Below, piece after piece: positions 47,219 through 56,100 of a DNA stretch of 64,000 nt. Positions within the stretch are counted from its first letter, which is position 1; each line of letters opens with the position of its first letter. The notes below the pieces were generated by a model. The model searched no databases. It was not told where the DNA came from and worked only from the letters and a program-made list of their open reading frames with translations. This DNA comes from Candidatus Peregrinibacteria bacterium (GTDB lineage Bacteria; Patescibacteriota; Gracilibacteria; UBA1369; UBA12473): the NCBI GenBank assembly GCA_018659585.1, contig JABJMC010000023.1, positions 5,416 through 69,415 on the forward strand, in the 5' to 3' direction. Made by a program: the position numbers and the translations under genes.

Positions 47219-50200
47219 ATGGATTCTCTCCAAAAACTAAAACAAAAGGCCTACTGGTTGGCCTACGACCATCTTGCGTCCACAAAACCAGCCCGACTAC
47301 TTTTCTTTACCGGTGGTGGCGAAAGCTATAATCCCGAAAACGAATTAGCTGAAAGGCAAAAAGAAATGGCTGAAAAAGGATTAGAAGATGAATTAGCTGC
47401 TGAATTCAAAGCAATGTCAAACATTGTTGAATCAGCCATCAGGGAAGGCCTCACATCAGCCGAAGAAACAATGATTCGAACACAAATGGACACATTATTA
47501 GATTCAAAAATCACTAATTTAGAACGCGTCCAACAAGAAAAAGGCGCCACCCTCGAAAGATTAAACTACATAAAAACCCACGAAAACTTAAGAAAAGCTT
47601 TTTCCAAACTTAATGACAAACAATTTCAAGCTTTAACAAATTTAATCGAGACTGCTGAATCTTCAATTCAAGCCGGCAATCTAGACCCTAAGAATCCTCC
47701 AGATTTAAATGCCGCCAACGCTCTTGAAAGCGCTTGGATGAATAGCGATCACAAAGCCCTAGGCATCACCCGCCCCGGACTCAAAAAAGTTCGCAGTGCC
47801 GCCCAAAACCTCGTCGCCAAACTCGAAGCAAGCGCTCTAGATAACGTTACCGATGAAGAAGTTGATGAATTTGAATTTGAAGGATTTGATCCTGATACCG
47901 GCGCCGAGCTACCTCCAGAAGACGATGCCCCATCTCCAATTGACGAAGAACCAACCCCTGAACAAGACCAAGTACTCGCTGCCCTCGAAGAAGAAGAGTC
48001 AACTGTCGAAAAAACTCCCGAACAACTCCGCGCAGAACTTCTTGAACAAGGACTTATTCGTCAATTAGAGCTAAACGAAATGCAGTTCTTATTACATAAC
48101 ATGGCGGCTAATCACGGCATGACCGAAAATCAACTTCGCCAACTTAATAATAAATTAAGTCCACGCCTAAATATTAAAAACGCAACCGACGGCAGCGGAG
48201 CCTATGTTTACGCCGAAGACATTGTCTACGTCTACACATCCACCGAAAACGCAATCCAAGCCGAAATTGCGCTTGGCTTCCGTGAACCTCCACCACAACC
48301 TGAAGAAATAGTGACCGGCGAAGACGTAGCCCGGGCCGAACGTGAAGGCCAAATATTTGAAGCTGAACTAGCCGAAGAAATGTATGGCCAGGAAGGTGCT
48401 CGCATAGAATCAACTCGTCAATCTTTACTAGAACAAAATGGTCTGGCTAGCCGACGCGCTTCCTTAACTGGAACACTCTTAAATCGTGACTCAAATCTTA
48501 CTTTAGACTCCAGCATGCACAACCCGTTTACAGCTACCCGAACCCTAGGCCTTATGAATGGCCTTATGAATGAAGGAGGAACTTGGGAAAGCTTCAAACC
48601 CCTTTGGAACCATGTTGATGGTCGCAACGCTGTTGAAAACTGGTTAGAAGAACAATCTACTTTCGAACTTGCTGATTATGATTTAGAAAATTACTTAATC
48701 ACACTGGCCAAAAAAGAAGGCTTTGCTATCCAAAAAGATTTACAAGACATCTCTTTTGAAAAACTAATTGATAGTGTTTACGGCAGTGGTATGAGTGGTG
48801 AATCACTTATTATCGCTCTTGCTGCTCAAGCTGGTGTAGGAATTGATAATTCTTTTCGTGGAAAAAAACGTAAAGAGCTAACCGAAGAAGACAAACGAAT
48901 AAAAGGCATTCTCCGCAACATCCAAGGTGATTTCCGCAATGATTATGACCGCATGCTCGATACTCTTACACTCGAAATATCTGAAAAAACTTATGTGGGT
49001 AATGGTGAAGTTGACATCACCCTTCAAAAAGCAGATGGGACCGAAGCTATTACCGCTCGAGTCCCCCTTCACCACGTTGTTCAGCTCCAAGAAGGAGACC
49101 TTGATGTCCCCTTAGCCGACAAAACAGAACAAGACATTCAAGATCTAATTGATAACCGACCAGAATCTCCTATTTTTGTCGGACCAACTGGCAATTTGCT
49201 AGCTCTAGATGGCACTAATTTAACTAATAACGTCACTGATGGTGATTTCACTAAACTCTCCGAAGAATTCAAAACTGAACGTGCCATTGTAGCGGCCATG
49301 GAAACTATCTACCAAGACGTAGCTGAACTTTACGACCGCACGGCTGATCTTAGCTTCGTCGACTCTGGTGCTGATGAAAGTTATCAACAACGAGTCACTC
49401 GTGCTCGAGTTGAAGCCTTTAGAGCTTTAGAAGGCCATGGCGTGGCTGTTGCCAATTTTGGAGACACCCTAGACAGTGCCTTAATTACCGGCGAATACGC
49501 TGGTCGCAATGCCGAAGCCTTAGGATTTATTCGCCGTGGTGGAGAACTAACTTACGAAGACACTGAAACTGGCGGTAAATTCATCGTCACTAACGAAGAA
49601 ATTTTTGATTACTATGATGGTGCTGCCGTCGTAGACGACATTTTAGATGAATTTTTAACAGAAGAAGTCTCTCATGGCGGAAAAAAAGAAACTTTCAATG
49701 TCCAAAAAGGAATGAAGTTTTTAAATAATAAATTAATCACCATCGCTCTTCGCACCAACCAAGAATTAATAGATAAATATGGAGGCTCTAGTGATGATCC
49801 AGAAATTAGATTCCAAACCGCTTTTAGAGCTCTAAAAGTTAAAAAAGAAAGCATTATTCCCACCGAAGGCACTCCTCTTGTCCCTTTAACCGCTGATCAA
49901 ATCACCTTAATTCAAGAGGGTTACATGATCCATTCTACCGTACGAGAAGCCAAACAAATTACCGAAGGTAAAGAAGCGGTCGAAGCCTTAGCAACATCTG
50001 TTACTGAACTTAGATTTAAACTGAATGAGGAACAAATTGCTGGCCTTGTAGAAAGCATCGTGAGTACAAATCCCGAGTGGGACAACCCTCATAACCGAGC
50101 CATCATTGCTGGACAACTACGAATCGGGGCTGGACTTGGAACTCTCACTACTGTAGATCGCGGCCACCAACACACCACCACTACTATTACTAAAGTTGAT

Positions 50201-53149
50201 GGTGAAGTCGTAGACATTTCTAGTAAAAGTGAAAACCTACGTGAAAGTTCCATTGATACTTTATTCACCGTTGGCCTAGGTATAAGCCCCATTAACATTT
50301 CCGGACTCGATCCTGACGGCCGAGGGAAATTTAATGTTGGATTTTCTGGCGGCGTTAATCTTCGTACCGGAAGTCCATCAGCGGCCATGGGAGTTCGTTA
50401 CAGCGTAGAATTCAAAAATGGTATCGAAGTTTACGTTGATGGTGGAGTTGGAACCAATATCGCTACCCTTGGTGGTGGAGTTATTATACCAGCTGGAGAA
50501 GCTAGAATTGACCTACATGGACATATCTATCCAGGAGGAGTTGAATTAGGTGGAGCTGTCACTTTTGGCAACCTCCAACACAGCTTTACTCGTGATCTTA
50601 CCGAAGCCTTTACAGATAACGGGTTTAAAGACATTGACACTGCTTTAGAAGAAAACGGTGGTGCTCCTAGTCGTGAAATGGTTGATATGATTTTAGCCAC
50701 CGATGATTTTAAAGCCGTAGCCGGCCCTTATGAACAAATTTTTGGAGACCTTGGTATTAAAAACGCTCGCGATAATGAATTTTTCCAAGAATTTATTCTA
50801 ATACGTTACCGTGAACAACGCAGTCAACGCGCTAGCGAGGTCTTACATGGCACTGCTGCTAATCCTTTAGATCCCGCCAATATTACTGTGGGTCTTTCTG
50901 CTAACTTCGGAGCCAAAGGTTGTGGTATAAGCGGTGGAATCGGAACCTCTGCTTACAGTCAAAGCCTAACTTTCCGCTTCCCAACCGGTATTAATTATCC
51001 AGAAATCACTGACCAAAAAATGGTAGCCGACTTACTTGGCAAGGAAATCGATGCTAGTGGTGACATCTTAAGCGGACGCGTTCCTCAACTAGTCCCCGAC
51101 CCCGACAATCCCAAGAAAATGATTCTCGCTTTTGAAGGAGATGCCCACGAAGGACTTCTTCTAAATCCTGGCAACATGGATGGATACAACGAGGATCTAA
51201 TGGACGATGGACTTTACCTTCGCCCGACACAACTCGCCTACAGCGAAGACGAAGGCCAAGAAATCCACGAAGGTCGGACCGTTTTAGAATTAGACATTGC
51301 TGATGCTAACGGTAGCCTAGACATTATTATTGACCCCGCTATTGAAAGTAATATTCGTACTCTTTATGGACTTGGAAGCGGCACTGTTTCTGACCATTAC
51401 TTCCTTGCCTGTGCGCCAGGAACCGATGTAGTCATGCGTCGCACTAATCTTCACTACCCACAAAAGAAAAGCGGTGCCTACGAACGTACTATTATAGTTA
51501 TCACTCAACCAGGCTCAGCTAAAACTTATCAACAATTACTCCGCGAAGGAGCTCCTATGCTCCACCGCGCCGCAGGTGAACGTACTGTTCCTGACATGGC
51601 CGGTAGCGATTACTTACTTAATGAAGACAGAAGTCCAATTATGACTGCTGATAAGTACTTAGGCCTTTCTGAGGAACAACAAGCTGATTGGACTGATGTC
51701 GCAAGAGGCGACCTAATGTCCCAAGAATACGCAGAAATGCTTGGTTCTTATCCAGGAGCAGGAATAGAAATTGATTCAGAAAGATTTGAAGCTGTGGTTC
51801 GCGAACTTATGGATCCTAGTAACGATAGTTCTCACAAAGACTTCCGCATTAAATTCAAAGATCTCTCCACGCTTGGGGCTCACCCAGATTTAGAACAACT
51901 CACCGAGCACTGCCGACAAAAATCCGCCGAAATGTTTGGTACAGCCCTACAAGGCGCTGAATTAGCTCACTTTATTCAATCTCTTACGATCTTTAGTTTT
52001 GTTGACATTCATAAAGAAGCTAGCGACCCAGAAACTACCTCCGAACGTCGCGAAGAATTACTCAAACATCAACAATATGTATATAGTGAAATGCTCGAAG
52101 GTAATCCTCCTCCTCCATGGAAAGGTTATATGAAGAGACGTCTAAATACTGAATTCAAACAACTATCTATCGATCAAAAACAAGTAAATAAAATGGTAGA
52201 ACTTATTATTAGCCACCTAAGAATATCTCCTGAGCAATATGAACTGTTTGGAAAAGCCGGAGATAAACTCCCCGAAGGTGGTATATTCGGATCAATTGTT
52301 GGAACAGATAGTATTAATGGTATCCGCATTACCGAAAACTACCGTGATCAAGAATTCTACGAAACTCTTGGACTTACGGATTTTAGTCTCCACAGCGAAA
52401 ATCCAGTAGAACAAGACGTGGCCAGAGCCATTATCATGATCATGAATCCACTCCCCGAAGCCACGAAAATGACCATGGAAAATCTTGATAAAATTCATAA
52501 TTTCGTCACCGACGACTTCACTCAAAAAATTATGATGCTATGGGGTTATCGTAATCCAGAAGAACATGGACAATTAAAAGCCTTAACAGAAAAAGTATTT
52601 GGAGAAGGAGAATCCAAAGAAAACCTACGCGCTGCCCTAACAGCTGCTCAAACAGATGAGGGTAACGAACTTCTAACTTTACTTAGTAACGTTCAAGTCT
52701 ACGCCACCAAAGCCCGCCGCGCCGAGTTAGCCGGGACCGAAAGAATTCCACTTGGAGAAAATACTTTCCTTTCCTTCAAAGAAGTCCAAGCTAGTTTCTT
52801 TGTTTTCCAACGTTGTGGAAATGTTTCTCCTTATTTAAAAGAAAACCTAGCAGTTGAAACCGAAATGGGTAATACCATCGCTGTTGCGGAAGATGCCCAC
52901 GTTCGCGTCCAAGCTCAAGGAGCTGAACGAAAACTTACTGTCGGTCTTGGAGTTTCTTCTCAATTAGAATGTGTCGAAGATCGTACTTACGAAGTTATTG
53001 TGGAAAATGAGACTACTCCAGGAGATAACCCTCCAGAATTTGCACCTGGAGCATTCCAAGCTGGAGATATTGAAGTCGGCTTAGGCGAAGACCCCGGCGG
53101 AGGCGAAGACAGCGCTACTGGCACCACTGGTCCTAATCAACAAGAATAA
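47219..53149 (+). CDS. giant hypothetical protein (1976 aa), with no signal peptide or TM helix seen
   Basis: 5.9 kb uninterrupted ORF. The N-terminal third is acidic and helical. A Gly-rich beta-like core sits around residues 965-1255. I recognise no enzymatic motif. Confidence 0.85.
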   Translation: MDSLQKLKQKAYWLAYDHLASTKPARLLFFTGGGESYNPENELAERQKEMAEKGLEDELAAEFKAMSNIVESAIREGLTSAEETMIRTQMDTLLDSKITNLERVQQEKGATLERLNYIKTHENLRKAFSKLNDKQFQALTNLIETAESSIQAGNLDPKNPPDLNAANALESAWMNSDHKALGITRPGLKKVRSAAQNLVAKLEASALDNVTDEEVDEFEFEGFDPDTGAELPPEDDAPSPIDEEPTPEQDQVLAALEEEESTVEKTPEQLRAELLEQGLIRQLELNEMQFLLHNMAANHGMTENQLRQLNNKLSPRLNIKNATDGSGAYVYAEDIVYVYTSTENAIQAEIALGFREPPPQPEEIVTGEDVARAEREGQIFEAELAEEMYGQEGARIESTRQSLLEQNGLASRRASLTGTLLNRDSNLTLDSSMHNPFTATRTLGLMNGLMNEGGTWESFKPLWNHVDGRNAVENWLEEQSTFELADYDLENYLITLAKKEGFAIQKDLQDISFEKLIDSVYGSGMSGESLIIALAAQAGVGIDNSFRGKKRKELTEEDKRIKGILRNIQGDFRNDYDRMLDTLTLEISEKTYVGNGEVDITLQKADGTEAITARVPLHHVVQLQEGDLDVPLADKTEQDIQDLIDNRPESPIFVGPTGNLLALDGTNLTNNVTDGDFTKLSEEFKTERAIVAAMETIYQDVAELYDRTADLSFVDSGADESYQQRVTRARVEAFRALEGHGVAVANFGDTLDSALITGEYAGRNAEALGFIRRGGELTYEDTETGGKFIVTNEEIFDYYDGAAVVDDILDEFLTEEVSHGGKKETFNVQKGMKFLNNKLITIALRTNQELIDKYGGSSDDPEIRFQTAFRALKVKKESIIPTEGTPLVPLTADQITLIQEGYMIHSTVREAKQITEGKEAVEALATSVTELRFKLNEEQIAGLVESIVSTNPEWDNPHNRAIIAGQLRIGAGLGTLTTVDRGHQHTTTTITKVDGEVVDISSKSENLRESSIDTLFTVGLGISPINISGLDPDGRGKFNVGFSGGVNLRTGSPSAAMGVRYSVEFKNGIEVYVDGGVGTNIATLGGGVIIPAGEARIDLHGHIYPGGVELGGAVTFGNLQHSFTRDLTEAFTDNGFKDIDTALEENGGAPSREMVDMILATDDFKAVAGPYEQIFGDLGIKNARDNEFFQEFILIRYREQRSQRASEVLHGTAANPLDPANITVGLSANFGAKGCGISGGIGTSAYSQSLTFRFPTGINYPEITDQKMVADLLGKEIDASGDILSGRVPQLVPDPDNPKKMILAFEGDAHEGLLLNPGNMDGYNEDLMDDGLYLRPTQLAYSEDEGQEIHEGRTVLELDIADANGSLDIIIDPAIESNIRTLYGLGSGTVSDHYFLACAPGTDVVMRRTNLHYPQKKSGAYERTIIVITQPGSAKTYQQLLREGAPMLHRAAGERTVPDMAGSDYLLNEDRSPIMTADKYLGLSEEQQADWTDVARGDLMSQEYAEMLGSYPGAGIEIDSERFEAVVRELMDPSNDSSHKDFRIKFKDLSTLGAHPDLEQLTEHCRQKSAEMFGTALQGAELAHFIQSLTIFSFVDIHKEASDPETTSERREELLKHQQYVYSEMLEGNPPPPWKGYMKRRLNTEFKQLSIDQKQVNKMVELIISHLRISPEQYELFGKAGDKLPEGGIFGSIVGTDSINGIRITENYRDQEFYETLGLTDFSLHSENPVEQDVARAIIMIMNPLPEATKMTMENLDKIHNFVTDDFTQKIMMLWGYRNPEEHGQLKALTEKVFGEGESKENLRAALTAAQTDEGNELLTLLSNVQVYATKARRAELAGTERIPLGENTFLSFKEVQASFFVFQRCGNVSPYLKENLAVETEMGNTIAVAEDAHVRVQAQGAERKLTVGLGVSSQLECVEDRTYEVIVENETTPGDNPPEFAPGAFQAGDIEVGLGEDPGGGEDSATGTTGPNQQE

Positions 53150-53176
53150 TCTAATAAAATCTAATAAAAACTAAAC

Positions 53177-56100
53177 ATGGTACTGCTCAAACCAAAAATC
53201 AAATTAAAGTCCATTGTGGCTATCGTCACCTTATTAACTCTCGCTGCTTCTTCTCTATCTTTTGCAGTTGGACGCGGTGGTGGCGGTGATAGCGTTAGTC
53301 AATATTCCAGCATTAACTCTGGAGAAACATCAACTGAAATCGACCCCATTGATTCTTCACCGAATTACGAAGAAATCACAGATACAAGTTGTGCCACAAC
53401 CTATCACACTCATGAGCACTATTTTTACGCTAATAACAGTGCAGATTATGATTATTGGCTAGCAATTCACGGATTTGCCATTGTTTTAGATTATGATTAC
53501 GACACCAACGACAATCCAGCGGAAAACGACTTTTTGAGCAATGTCGATACTTCCAGCTTGCGTTGTACAGTTGGTTCAGATTACACCGATTGTCCTTTTG
53601 ATGTGGAAACTGATTTAGGAACAGAAATTGCCTCTGGCAGTGATTTTTATGGCACCACTGTCACCTATCAAGAACTAGACTTTTTACCTGGAAACCCACG
53701 TGGTTTACTCTGGGAATATGGAACTGACGACTATACAAATCTAAGTGACGGACCAGCCTGGTTACACGGACGAGACTACATGTGGGAAGACGTCCCTATG
53801 ATTAATGAAAGTATTTCTTTTGGCCTTACTGAATACACCGAAGACTTTACGGCTACTACTACTTCTTACACCTTAGTAGAACCAATTTATATTGACCCTG
53901 CTGACGATTATTCAGACTGGAGCAATTACCACCACTTCTACACCGACGAATCCGACCCAGATGGCGATGGTGTGGTCGAAGCTGACCCAGATGGTGACTA
54001 CATTTACTGGTGGGGAATGAATGGTATTGGACGCTCCATTTTCACTGATTGTGTAGATGCTTGTTCCGACCTAGAAATCACCTCCCCTACCGAAATAACC
54101 GCTGATGATACTGAGGGTGTCACTGCCCTAGAAATCTACGCTACTGACGATAACGACACTCCTGGTGAATGGGATGGAACCTATAACTATAGTAGTGATG
54201 GAACTTGTGAGTTTACTACTAATAGTATCTATGCTGCCCTTGGCTTTGGTTCAACAGAACTCGAAACTGATGACACCAGCGTTTATGTCCACAGTTGTAC
54301 TCCTGGTGACACTATTTCTATTACAGAAATTGATTACCCGGTAGATTGTGCAGCCTCACTCGAAATTGGAGATGCTTGTTCGGAATTAGAAATTACTGAA
54401 CCTCCAACTACTATTACAGCCTCGGCCATGGATGATGGACATGTGGTTTTGGGTATCGAATCTGGCGCTGTTAGTGGTGATGCTTGGGCTGGTGAATATG
54501 AATTTTCTGCCCTAGCTGAAGATGGCAGCCTATCTACTGGGCGCTTTCATTCAAATTATACAACTGGTTTAGCTGGTGCTGGGACTAACCCTTACACTAC
54601 TACTAATCAAACTGTTCACTATTTTGATGGGGCCCCAGGCGACAGCATTCAAGTAACAGAAACTGAATACCCAGTTGCTTGTTACGATGAAATTGATTCC
54701 GAAGGACTTTATTGTTCACGCCTACGTATCTCCCCCATGGCTTTTACTTATGAAGAAGCCAGCACTCTAGTAACTATGGATGTTCGAGCTTGGGACCAGT
54801 TAGATGACGCCTGGCCCACTACTTATACCATCGAAGGTGATGCTACTTGTAAATTCACCGAAGACATTACCGATGTCGCAACTGATAACGGCTCATCTTC
54901 ACTCATTTCTTCTGCTAACACCATTTACATTTACGGTTGTAGTTCCGAAGAAACAATTACTGTTATAGATTCTGAATATCCTGTTGCTTGTAATGCCGAA
55001 GCCCAAATTTTAGCCGAAGACCTACTTTGTCGCGAAATGACTGGAACCCCAGAAACCATTACTTACGAAGAAAGTCTTAGTGTTATGGAACTTCATTATG
55101 ATGCTTTTGATCAAAATAGTGATGACTGGGAAAACGGAGACTATACCCTTTCTAGTGATGGCACTTGTCTCTTTACTGAAACAGCTGATGACGCTGCTAA
55201 TGGCAGTGGCGTTGCTACCCTTTCTACAACTGAAACTACCGCCTTTGTTTACGGCTGTACTGGTGGAGAAACTATTCATATTGAAGAAGATTCCTACCCG
55301 GATGATTGTTTCTTTGAAATCCCTGTAGATGCACAAGTTTTAGCTTGTACTTCTATGGAGTCAGTGCCTACCTCTCTAACTTACGAAGAAGTTCAAGCTA
55401 TCGCCGAAGTTCACTACGACACCTATGACCAAAATGGTGGTGATTGGGAAAGTCTTTACGAAGTTTACAGCGACCTTGGCACTTGTTTATATACCGAAAC
55501 TTTAGAAGAAGCCGAAGCTGGCAATGGACAAGATTCTCTTGATTCTATTTCGGCTACTACGGTTTATGTTTACGGCTGTGAGGCCGGCGACATTATGCGC
55601 GTCGAAGAAATCTACTCCGCCTATGATTGTTACGTTGAAATCCCAATTAGTGATGAAATTCTTTATTGTGCGGCTCTTTCTACTACACCAACTTCTTTCA
55701 CTTACGAAGAAAGTCTCGAAATTCAAGAAGTTGTAATCACATCTAGCAACCAAAACAGCGGCATTTGGGATGGTAATTATGAAATCACTTCTACTAATGG
55801 AACTTGTCTTTTTGCGGGCACGCTCGAAGATGCTGAATCTGGAGCCGTGGCTACTGCTGACTTAAGCATTATCGAAGAAATTTTCTATGTTGTTAGCTGT
55901 GACGCTGGCGACACAATTATTATCGAGGAAGTTGATTATTATGATGTTTGTAACGCCGAAATTCCAATTGGAGTTGAAGGTCTTTATTGTGCCGATCTCT
56001 CCACTACACCAACTGCTTTCACCTATGCCGAAACTGCCGAAATTCAAGAAGTTGTAATCACAGCTGGCGATCAAAACAACGCTGTTTGGGATGGTAGTTA

